In this document: positions 27,264-35,907 of the stretch, piece after piece | How the letters are laid out: every line of letters starts with the position of its first letter | How positions within the stretch are numbered: the stretch's first letter is position 1 | Assembly (NCBI GenBank): GCA_963716395.1 | Contig: OY970309.1 | Span: 1,312,001 to 1,376,000, forward strand | Direction of reading: 5' to 3' | From: an uncultured Fibrobacteria bacterium | GTDB lineage: Bacteria; Fibrobacterota; Fibrobacteria; UBA11236 | Length of the DNA: 64,000 bases | Position numbers and translations under genes: made by a program | The notes under the pieces: generated by a model | Seen by the model: the letters and a program-made list of their open reading frames with translations, nothing else | Told to the model about the DNA's origin: nothing | Database searches by the model: none

Positions 27264-30102
27264 AGTAGCGCACCATGATGGCCAGCGTGTCGGTGATGAG
27301 CGAGGTTCCGTTCGCCGGCATGTGATCGGTATTGGTCACCGGCAACTCGATGCGCCGCACGATTTCCTGTTTCACCAGGTTGGGTGGATTGTAGGTGCTG
27401 ACATCCAGGGCATGAGCCGAATCCAGCTTGGGCAGGCCGCCGCTCAGACCCGCATGGCAGGCGGCGCAGCGGGCGTTGATGATGCCCTGCACCTTGGAAA
27501 ACGGCGGACGCCAAATCGTGAAGGTCGCTGAATCCCGGGGCCCGTCGGCCGATGTGGCCGTAATCGATCCGGTCCCCAAGGCCGTGCCGAAGAATACCGG
27601 CGTGCCGGTATTGCGCACCTGCACGAGGCTCGGAGTTCCCGTACTCAAGGTGTAGGTCTTGAGGGTGGTGTTGGTGGGCGTCCACGCCAAAGCCGGTGTG
27701 TCGGCAACCATGGGGCTGTCGGCATAGATGGGCCCGGTCAAAGTGAGTTTGATGGCCGTGGCGGTCACGTTGCCCACCGTCACTTTGAACTGGGTCACGT
27801 AATCTTTGTCGGTGGCATCGATGGTGACGGTGGCCGTGCCGACGCCGTTGGCCTGGAGCTGCGGCGCGCTGGAGGCGGGATTGACCACGCTCACGATCGA
27901 ATCGGCCGCGCTTTGCAAGGTATAGGCCTTGTTGGTGGCGGTGGACGGGTACCAGGTGATGGCGGGAGAAAACTCCGCGCCCACGGTCACGGTTTGATCC
28001 GCCACCTTGATGCTGTCGACGCGCACCGGCCCCACGGCGAATTGCAGGGTGTCTTTCGCGGCCGCGGTACCGTGGCTGGTCACCAAAATTTGCGCCGTAC
28101 CCTGGGTTTTCCCCACCACAAACACGCCTTGCGACACTACGGCGATGGCCGGGGTCGGCGCAAGATAGGCCAAGCCCCAGGTGGTGTCGGTGGCATTCTG
28201 CGGATAGACCATAACGCGCGGCATCACCGTATCGCCGATGGCGCCGCCCGTATCCACGACCCGGATCGAATCTACGGGAACGGGCGCGACGCTGACGGCG
28301 AAGGCTTTTTGCAGCGAACTCTCCTCGGTTTCGAGAATCACCGTAGTGGGCGACGTGGTCAGCGCCTTGCCGTAGAGGTGCAAGCCGTCGGGGCTGGTGA
28401 CTTTGGTGGTGTCGGTGACGGCCAGCACCAGGTGGTAATTGCGATCCGAGGCGTTGGACGGATAGAAATGCGCGACCGGGCTTTTGGTTTCGCCCACGTG
28501 CAAGGTCAGGCTGTCGACCGCCACGCTGTCGAGCTTGAGGTAAAAGGCGTTGAGCCAGCCCAGCATGGCTTTGAGTTGCCGGGTCGAAAGCTTCAAGGCC
28601 GTGTCGGCCGGCATGTGATCGGGACTGGAAACCGGCAATTGGATGCGCCGCAGCGTTTCGGCGCCGTACTGAACCAGCACCGCCGAGTCTTGCAGGTTGA
28701 AAGTTCGGAGGGGAGAATGGCATTCGCCGCATTCGGCGGTGGTGATGGGTTTGATGCGGGTGGCGAAATCCGGCAGGCCCGCCTTCACTTTGAAGGTTTT
28801 TTGCAAGCCGCCGTCGTCGGAAGTCACGGTGATGTTAACCGTCCCGGTGTCATAAATCAGGAGCGCCCCGCCCGAAACCTGCGCGATGCCCGTATTCGCA
28901 GACAGCAGGGTATAGTTTTTGTCGGTGGCATTGGAGGGCGTCCATTGCAGCGCCGGCACTACCGAATCGCCGAGATCGACGGTCGTATCATTTACGGTTA
29001 ATCCCGTGACGGGTTTGACGTTTTGCAACAGCCAGTACACCAGCATTTGCTTGTCGCGCGGCGGCAGCACGGCTTTGTTGGCGGGCATATAACCCGTGTC
29101 GCTGACGGGAAGGTTGAGGCGGACCAGCGCCTTCGATCCCTTGGACACCAGCACGCTGGAGTCCTGCAGGTTGAACGTCACGTCCGGGCCGTGGCATTGG
29201 CCGCACCATTGTTTGGTGATGGGCTGGATGTCGGAGAAATTCGGCGCCCGCACCGTCACCGCGAAGGTGTCGCGCACCCCGTTGGCCGCGGCCACCGCCA
29301 CCCCGCGGGTGCCGCCGATTTTCCGCGCCAAAAACGCGGTGTCAATTACCGACGCGACGGAAGTGTCGAGGCTGGAAAGGGCGAACCCCTTTTGGGTGGT
29401 ATTGGCCGGCCACCACGTAAGGGCCGGCCGCAAGGTGTCATAGAGCGGGCCGGTGAGATCCGCCACGGTGAGCGAGTCGGACGCCACGACATCGCGCGTG
29501 ATGTGCAGCGCAAAGGATTTGGTGATCTTGGCGTCGCCGGCCGTCACGTGAATGGTCGCGGTTCCCGAATCCAAACCGGCGATGCGATGGCCGAGCACCT
29601 TGGCTTTGGTCGAGTCCGACGAAGTGGCCGAGAACTGGGTGTCGACGGCATCGGGCGGAATGAAAACGGGAATTAGAGTAAACGTATCTCCGGGCGCAAC
29701 CGAGGCGTCGGCCACGGTGATGTCGCGCAGCAATGTGGCGGGAGTCACGGTGGAGTCCAAATGTCCATCCAGGTATTGGAATTGTTTTTTATACGAGGCG
29801 CTACCGCCGGAAAAGCCCGTAATCACCACGGTGAATTGCGAACCCACCACGGTGGGCTTGGTCACGCTTACCGTGGTCTGGGTAGGCGTCAGGGGCAGAC
29901 TTTTCGTCCACACTGCCGAGTCGGCGGTGTCGGAGGGAAAGACCTCAATGCGCAGGCTGTCGAATTTTCCAATCTGGGCCGAGTCGAGCGCAAACACCAA
30001 CTCGGTGGTCGTCGTATCGCTTTGCTGGCAGGACGACCACCACAGCCCCGCCCCCGCCAGGAGCAGCAAAGTCAATAACCGTATGCGGGCGCGGGACATC
30101 AT
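27253..30102 (-). CDS. 949-aa lipoprotein with seven Big_2-type Ig repeats and three monoheme cytochrome c domains
   Basis: Lipobox WSSC. CGQCH, CGECH and CAACH are each followed by a distal MP (GYMPA, DHMPA, DHMPA). Ig repeats carry P-x-[N/D/T]-[A/T]-like cores such as PSNAT and PQNAT. Confidence 0.85.
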   Translation of the reverse strand: MMSRARIRLLTLLLLAGAGLWWSSCQQSDTTTTELVFALDSAQIGKFDSLRIEVFPSDTADSAVWTKSLPLTPTQTTVSVTKPTVVGSQFTVVITGFSGGSASYKKQFQYLDGHLDSTVTPATLLRDITVADASVAPGDTFTLIPVFIPPDAVDTQFSATSSDSTKAKVLGHRIAGLDSGTATIHVTAGDAKITKSFALHITRDVVASDSLTVADLTGPLYDTLRPALTWWPANTTQKGFALSSLDTSVASVIDTAFLARKIGGTRGVAVAAANGVRDTFAVTVRAPNFSDIQPITKQWCGQCHGPDVTFNLQDSSVLVSKGSKALVRLNLPVSDTGYMPANKAVLPPRDKQMLVYWLLQNVKPVTGLTVNDTTVDLGDSVVPALQWTPSNATDKNYTLLSANTGIAQVSGGALLIYDTGTVNITVTSDDGGLQKTFKVKAGLPDFATRIKPITTAECGECHSPLRTFNLQDSAVLVQYGAETLRRIQLPVSSPDHMPADTALKLSTRQLKAMLGWLNAFYLKLDSVAVDSLTLHVGETKSPVAHFYPSNASDRNYHLVLAVTDTTKVTSPDGLHLYGKALTTSPTTVILETEESSLQKAFAVSVAPVPVDSIRVVDTGGAIGDTVMPRVMVYPQNATDTTWGLAYLAPTPAIAVVSQGVFVVGKTQGTAQILVTSHGTAAAKDTLQFAVGPVRVDSIKVADQTVTVGAEFSPAITWYPSTATNKAYTLQSAADSIVSVVNPASSAPQLQANGVGTATVTIDATDKDYVTQFKVTVGNVTATAIKLTLTGPIYADSPMVADTPALAWTPTNTTLKTYTLSTGTPSLVQVRNTGTPVFFGTALGTGSITATSADGPRDSATFTIWRPPFSKVQGIINARCAACHAGLSGGLPKLDSAHALDVSTYNPPNLVKQEIVRRIELPVTNTDHMPANGTSLITDTLAIMVRYFSW

Positions 30103-30830
30103 CAGAGGTGGGTCAAAACCGTGTCGACTTTATTGTTTGAGCCTCCCGACGCCGCCACAATGACGCCCACCACGGCCACGGCGACGACCCCGCCCGCGGC
30201 CACCCACATCCAGGTGTGATTGCGGCGCTCCGGTTCGGCGGCTGCCGGCGCCGCGGCCGTTGAGCCCGGCGGCGATGTCTTGGCCGCTGCCAGCGACGAT
30301 GCTGCAGAGTTGGCCGACTCCGGATGTGCGGCCAGGGCCCGTCGCACCGAATCGCGGCGCACGCTGTCGGCCGCCCATTGCCGGAGGATGATCTGTTTTT
30401 GTTTGTCGAACGTCGTGTCGTGGTAATTCTGTTCGTAACGCCGGCGCACCTTTTCAAAAATGTTTTCCACGTTCATGCCCACGCCCAAATCCGTAAGATT
30501 GGCGTTGGGATCGAGTTTAAGCAGGTCGTACAAGAAGGATTCAGCCTTTTTGCGGGTGCCTTCGTCGGCGCCGTAAATTACGCCCAGGTATTTGAAAATG
30601 AAAATCGAATCTTCGCGGTCATGCAGGCGATGTTCATAGCGCAGGTTTTCCAGCAGCGCCACCAAGGCTTCAAAGTCGCCGGCCAGATACAGGCCTTGGA
30701 TTTCCGATTTGTTGAAACTCGAAACTGCAGGAGCCGCGGCAGGTTCGGGTGCGGGAGGTGGGGAATTGCCCGAAAGCGCCAGCACCGGAAGCAGGAACAA
30801 GGCCGAACCCAACCACCAAATTTTTCCCAT
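30102..30830 (-). CDS. Exported TPR-like protein with a C-terminal hydrophobic/Gly-rich segment
   Basis: Signal peptide; YLAGDF...FKYLGVIY...YDLLKLDPN helical repeat; WMWVAAGGVVAVAVVGVIV. Its stop overlaps the cytochrome gene start (TGATG). Confidence 0.7.
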   Translation of the reverse strand: MGKIWWLGSALFLLPVLALSGNSPPPAPEPAAAPAVSSFNKSEIQGLYLAGDFEALVALLENLRYEHRLHDREDSIFIFKYLGVIYGADEGTRKKAESFLYDLLKLDPNANLTDLGVGMNVENIFEKVRRRYEQNYHDTTFDKQKQIILRQWAADSVRRDSVRRALAAHPESANSAASSLAAAKTSPPGSTAAAPAAAEPERRNHTWMWVAAGGVVAVAVVGVIVAASGGSNNKVDTVLTHL

Positions 30831-31162
30831 GGCCCTTCTCGCGCCGACGTTCAGAATTATAGCCGGACCGCCAGCAAGTTAAGCCGGACCCCTGGTTTTT
30901 GGCAAGCGTTCGGCCGGTTGCATTGGGGAATTCGAGGTTAAATGCAGCTCGAATCCATTCCGAAAGGGCATGAGGCGACCCGTCAAATTCGGATTTCAAT
31001 AGTGCAAAAGAACCCTTCTTTTCAATTTTTTCCAAAAGCCTAAGCTGGATTTCGTCTCCTCAAAGCCAAGGCAGAGGTCCGTTGCTTCCAGACGGGACCA
31101 TAAATTCAATACTGATTGCTAAAGCTATCTTTCCCGGCGGCAAAGAGTAATAAGGAGGTATT

Positions 31163-31906
31163 ATGAAATTGCCCGCATTCATTTTGATTATATCCGCATC
31201 CTTCGCATGCGCCAATCCTTTTGCATCGATAAAAAGCCTTTCCGAATTAATGAAATCCCATGGTTCCGAGCCCTTGATGAAAGTCTCGGCCACGTCGGCG
31301 ACAGCGCTATCCGGCTCGCAAGATCCGGATTTGGTGGGCTTTTGGGTTTTAGACTCGACGATTTCGAGCATCGACACGATAAGCGATTCGCTCATCTTTA
31401 CCTATGACTTCCATATTCGCGAAGAAGCCTACTTGGCGTCGGATGGATCGTTCGAGGTGCGAAGTCAAGACATCGTCACCAGCTCCACCCTCATGGATAC
31501 GATTGAGGGTCGCTCCCTCGGCCAATGGGCCACCGCCGGCGGAAAGATGTTCACGCAAGCCACCTCCAGCGTTTCGTGGAGCAGCCTGAACCATACCACG
31601 ACCAACGACAGTTTGGGTGGAGCCGACACGGGCAGTTATTCGTTTGTGGATGGGGGGAAAACCAAGGTCGAATTCCTCGGCAGCAGTTTGGATTCCTCTT
31701 CTTCCGATACCATTTTCTTCACGAAATCCGGAGCTTCGGCGAATTTCACCGTGCCCGAATTGACGTCAAGCCCCATTCTGGCACAACTACCCGCCGCCAG
31801 AAAATCGATCTCTTATTTGCCGGCGACCCCGATGCCCTTGTTCCGGTATCAGAACGGGTATTACCGCATCAGCGGCACCAGGGATAGAATTCCCGGAAGC
31901 CCCTAA
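31163..31906 (+). CDS. Secreted lipocalin-like beta-barrel protein
   Basis: AAGGAGG RBS and signal peptide; LVGFW, GQW and GSYSF motifs; visibly more AT-rich than its neighbours. Confidence 0.55.
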   Translation: MKLPAFILIISASFACANPFASIKSLSELMKSHGSEPLMKVSATSATALSGSQDPDLVGFWVLDSTISSIDTISDSLIFTYDFHIREEAYLASDGSFEVRSQDIVTSSTLMDTIEGRSLGQWATAGGKMFTQATSSVSWSSLNHTTTNDSLGGADTGSYSFVDGGKTKVEFLGSSLDSSSSDTIFFTKSGASANFTVPELTSSPILAQLPAARKSISYLPATPMPLFRYQNGYYRISGTRDRIPGSP

Positions 31907-31910
31907 GCCT

Positions 31911-32891
31911 TCAGGCTCCAGTTTCCAAAAACCGGCAGGCCAGATTCCAGGCCTCGATCATCGAGGCCGGGTCGGCCTGGCCGAGGCCGGCAATTTCAAA
32001 GGCCGTGCCGTGATCGGGTGAAGTCCGCACAAAGGGAAGGCCCAGGGTGCAGTTGACGCCGTGGGCGAAATCCAAGGTTTTCATGGGGCCGAAGCCCTGA
32101 TCGTGATACATGGCCAGCACGGCGTCGAAACGGCCCTGCAACCCTTGCAGAAAAACCGTGTCGCCTGGAAACGGGCCCAAGGTGGGAATGCCGTCCCGCC
32201 GCAACGCCGCCATGGCCGGTTGCAGAATGTCGATTTCTTCGCGGCCGAGCAAACCGTTTTCGCCGGCATGCGGATTTACGCCGGCCAGGGCCAGGCGCGG
32301 CGTTGTGACGCCCGCATGCTGCAAAGCTCGCCAAGTCAAGGCGGCCACTTGGCGGATGCGCGGAACCGTGATGGCGTCGAGGGCGGCGCGCAAAGAAAGA
32401 TGATCCGTGACGTGACTTACAACCAGTTTCGGCGACCACAGCGCCATGACCGGTCCCGCCACGCCGGTCTTTTTTTCCAGGATGTCGGTATGGCCCATGA
32501 AATGGTGCCCGGCCGAATTCATGGCTTCTTTGTTCAAGGGTGCGGTGACGATGCCCTCGGCCTTTCCGGCCAGGCAGGCGTCGACGGCGTAGGCGAAATA
32601 GGCGAAGGCGGCGTGGCCGCAAGCCGCGGAAATTTTTCCCGCCTCGAAATCACCCGGCCGTAAGAGCCCGAGCGTATGCACGGCGATGTCGTGGTCGCCC
32701 GCCCGCTCTTCGGGGGCGAAGGTAAGCGGAAGGCCCAAGGCTTGCGCCGTGGATTGCAGGATTTCCAGTTCGCCGATCACCACAGGACGAATACCGGGTG
32801 TGGGCCCAACGCGGTGCAGGCATTTGACCAGCACTTCGGGTCCGATGCCCGCAGCGTCGCCCAGGGTCAACAGCAAGGTCTTGGTAGGCAT
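31911..32891 (-). CDS. pdxA: 4-hydroxythreonine-4-phosphate dehydrogenase
   Basis: GDAAGIGPE, TAPLNKE, GHTD, NPHAGE, AMYHDQG and RTSPDHGTAF. Confidence 0.95.
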   Translation of the reverse strand: MPTKTLLLTLGDAAGIGPEVLVKCLHRVGPTPGIRPVVIGELEILQSTAQALGLPLTFAPEERAGDHDIAVHTLGLLRPGDFEAGKISAACGHAAFAYFAYAVDACLAGKAEGIVTAPLNKEAMNSAGHHFMGHTDILEKKTGVAGPVMALWSPKLVVSHVTDHLSLRAALDAITVPRIRQVAALTWRALQHAGVTTPRLALAGVNPHAGENGLLGREEIDILQPAMAALRRDGIPTLGPFPGDTVFLQGLQGRFDAVLAMYHDQGFGPMKTLDFAHGVNCTLGLPFVRTSPDHGTAFEIAGLGQADPASMIEAWNLACRFLETGA

Positions 32892-33091
32892 GTCAGAAAA
32901 TTAATCGCCGGTTCGAAGGCTTGAATCAGGCCGTTCCGGGGTCAGGGGCCGCCACAAAATAAATGTCCGATGGAACCCAGCGGCTGCGCAGTGAAAAGGG
33001 GAAAACGGGTTGCTATTTGCGGCGGAGGAAAAAAGGGTCGCAGGGAGTTGGGATCTGTCTGGATGGATTGGATACGGGCTTCGATTTACCT

Positions 33092-34600
33092 ATGCTCCTT
33101 TGCGCCTCTTCGGCAGGAGCGATATTGCATAGAATCCGATTCAGCCGAACGCTCGTTTTTTCCGGGCTGGGATGCTTGGGATCCTTCCACGCGCTGATGG
33201 CCGGACCGGCCGTTAAAACCATTCTCCAGGAACTCGCCGCCTCGACAAGACCCCTGGCCATGGTCCGGGGCCCCGAGGGATTTCCAGGGATAGCCTACAC
33301 CGATACGGGCTATGGCGTCGGGTACCTTCGATGCGGCGACGCTTTATGCGACACCATCGCGAGCCTAAGTCGGGTGGATTCGGATTCGAATCAAATCAGC
33401 ACTGTCGTAGCGCTTCGCTTGGATACGGACGGATTTCCCCGCTTTTTGATAGCGCGCACGGGAAGATCGGATGTGGCGAATTCCCGCTCCGTCGTGATTC
33501 TGAAGAAATGCGCGGACGCGGTGTGTTCATCATTTACCGTAGCGCGGACATTGGATACCATTAACGCCTCGCCGGTAGACTTTTCCGCCGCTTTCGATTC
33601 GGCCGGAAGGCCCGCCCTGGCGATTGGGAAGGACGGAGGAATTGAGTTTTTTAATTTCAGCGACACCAACGCCTTCTTTTTCACGTCGACGATTCTTGCC
33701 GATTCGCTGGAGAGCGCTGTAATGCCCTCGCTGATTTTCGGAACGGATGGCTTGCCTTTGGTCGGCTATTCGAAACCGAAGGGGGATACCGACGGTTATT
33801 TCGTTGTCGCGCATTGCGGAGATGCGAATTGCCTGTTCGGAAACACACGCACCGTGATCGATTCGGGTTGTTTCAATGGCGCGCCCAGTTCCGCCGTCAT
33901 CGGATCGGACGGCTTGCCGGTATTCTCCTTCGGCGCCTATTTCGACAATGCCTTAAAATTCGTCCATTGCGGAAACAAGACCTGCACGACGGGGAATTCG
34001 GTGCAAACTTTGGATCAAAATGGAACTCCCGACGCATACCGAAATGCGGTGTCGCTCGGCCCTTCCGGTTTTCCCTTAGTTTTGGATGAAGGCCAATTGG
34101 CCACTCCTTCCGTCGAGTATGAACTTCGGGGAATCGAATGCGGAGACGTGAATTGCTCTTCCCAATCGTCGCAAGTCATCGACACTGCGAAAAACGGTTT
34201 TGTCATATTCCCGCACGCGGCGCTTTCGGACCAAAGCGGGACTTGCTTCGCCCTCGTAGCGGGCGATTCTGATCCCTATCCCATGGAAGTGCTGTCGTTT
34301 CCGGAGTTCGCCGGAGCCATTCTGGCTGAGACCTTAGCCGGGCATCGCGGCGAAGCGAATGGGGTGCTGTCCCATGGGGCGTGGTACGCGGTACGGAATG
34401 GGATATGGTTCGATGTGCGGGGCCGAGCGCGGGGCCCGACCGAGGGCGTTCCATCCGAGGAATTCCATCCCCGTAGCGGGCCTCGGCCCAGTTCGACGCC
34501 CCGGGATCCGTTTCAACCGGTGCCAGCGGGCAAGTTTATATTTGATCGGTGCCACGCATTCGAGGGTTCGGTATTGCGGGAATTTTTCTCGCCTGGGTGA
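33092..34600 (+). CDS. Secreted repeat protein with Cys-paired beta-propeller-like blades
   Basis: About six GxPxx repeats, five ending in CxxxxC (CGDALC, CADAVC, CGDANC, CGNKTC, CGDVNC); WFDVRGR tag. Start uncertain. Confidence 0.6.
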   Translation: MLLCASSAGAILHRIRFSRTLVFSGLGCLGSFHALMAGPAVKTILQELAASTRPLAMVRGPEGFPGIAYTDTGYGVGYLRCGDALCDTIASLSRVDSDSNQISTVVALRLDTDGFPRFLIARTGRSDVANSRSVVILKKCADAVCSSFTVARTLDTINASPVDFSAAFDSAGRPALAIGKDGGIEFFNFSDTNAFFFTSTILADSLESAVMPSLIFGTDGLPLVGYSKPKGDTDGYFVVAHCGDANCLFGNTRTVIDSGCFNGAPSSAVIGSDGLPVFSFGAYFDNALKFVHCGNKTCTTGNSVQTLDQNGTPDAYRNAVSLGPSGFPLVLDEGQLATPSVEYELRGIECGDVNCSSQSSQVIDTAKNGFVIFPHAALSDQSGTCFALVAGDSDPYPMEVLSFPEFAGAILAETLAGHRGEANGVLSHGAWYAVRNGIWFDVRGRARGPTEGVPSEEFHPRSGPRPSSTPRDPFQPVPAGKFIFDRCHAFEGSVLREFFSPG

Positions 34601-35244
34601 GCGGCGCTGGGGCGCAGACAAATTGGACTTTGCGCAACCCCTGGCCTACCAGCAATCAATTGGAATCCGTCCTTTGGGGCGATAGTCTTTTTGTGGCCGC
34701 GGGCGATGCGGGTAACGTACTGACTTCCCCGGATGGCCTGTCGTGGAAGTAGGGAACTTCGGAGAGCGTCTTTTCATTGACCGCCCTGGCATGGAATGGG
34801 AACTGCTTCGTGGCCGTCGGAGACGCGGGCAAGGTGGTGATGTCCACGGACGGAATAGTTTGGAACTCCGAAGCCTCCGGTGTGAAGGCCCGACTGCATG
34901 GCGTGATTTGGGGCGGCAATCAATTCGTCGTCGTGGGGGATTCCGGCATCGTGCTGACTTCGCCCGAAGATCCGCCCAATGCCATTCTTCCCTTTTCTCC
35001 GTCCGCAGATGTTTTTTCACTTCGCTTCACTTCGACCCGGCTCCTTTTCACCCGGCCCTATTCCTCAATGAATCAATCCGCCTGGGCGTGGATCTATGCA
35101 ATCCAGGGAGGCCGGAAAGTTGAAATCCACATGGGACGCAACCAACGCGATCTTTCCCTTCCCATTGGAAATCTTTCGCAGGGCAAATATTTGTTCGTGT
35201 TCAAAACGCCGGACGCCTTGATTTCCCGCGGATTCATCAAATAG
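34549..35244 (+). pseudogene. Secreted BNR/YCF48-like repeat protein with a T9SS-like C-terminus, interrupted by an in-frame TAG (34750-34752)
   Basis: ORFs 34549-34752 and 34777-35244 are in the same frame. FVAxGDxG...TSxDG..W repeats continue across the stop. Confidence 0.7.
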
Positions 35245-35301
35245 GCGGCCACATAAATTGTGGTCGCCGTCGGCGACGGTCCGGTTCGGCCGCCGGGGCT
35301 C

Positions 35302-35907
35302 TTAATGCAGACGGGACAGCGCTTTGGAAACCGAAATCGGATTCTTGGCTTTGACCTGTACGGCGAAGCGCCGGCGCGGATCGGGGTCGCGTGTCAGGGT
35401 AAACTCCCCCGATCCGAACAACGCCGACAACAGGCGGTCAAGCTCGGGCTTCACCGCGGCCAAGGTGTCGTCGTGATTGGGAGCCGCGGCGCGGTTGTTC
35501 ACGATCAAAGCGAGGTCGCCGCCCAGGAACACAGGCCGGGTTGGGAAAGAGGCCTCGCCTTCGAGGCGAAGCGCCGCCCGTAACGCCGCCGTTAATGACT
35601 CGCGCAGCTTGTCGGCGTTGGACCCGGAGGCGGGCTGCCGCCGATCGTACAACAGGCCGAGCCGGCGTCCGGCCCCGTCCAGGGAATAATTGACCTGCAA
35701 GCCGGCCAGCAAGATCACCGGGCCGTCCTCGACATGGCTGTAATCCGCCACGTCGACGAAGACTTCGGGGCTGTCGGGAATCCAGGTGTTGAACACGCGG
35801 AACCACGCTTCCGGTTGCTGCGAAGCCCCGTTTTCCAAGTGGATTTTCCATTGCAGGTTTTGCAAATCCACTGACAATTCCATCGATAAATCCAGCGACG
35901 ATTCCAT
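35302..35907 (-). CDS. Conserved hypothetical protein coupled to the sulfite/nitrite reductase
   Basis: Its start overlaps the reductase stop (TGATG). FNTWI...VDVADYSHVEDGPVILL block looks conserved. Confidence 0.7.
   Translation of the reverse strand: MESSLDLSMELSVDLQNLQWKIHLENGASQQPEAWFRVFNTWIPDSPEVFVDVADYSHVEDGPVILLAGLQVNYSLDGAGRRLGLLYDRRQPASGSNADKLRESLTAALRAALRLEGEASFPTRPVFLGGDLALIVNNRAAAPNHDDTLAAVKPELDRLLSALFGSGEFTLTRDPDPRRRFAVQVKAKNPISVSKALSRLH

Noticed and set aside
33092-34300. CxxxxC motifs as heme-binding sites
   Set aside because: None is followed by His, so disulfides are the better explanation.
34750-34752. Genome-wide TAG recoding or pyrrolysine
   Set aside because: TAG ends conserved genes at their expected length (fmt, rlmN, ccdA), and no pyl genes are visible.
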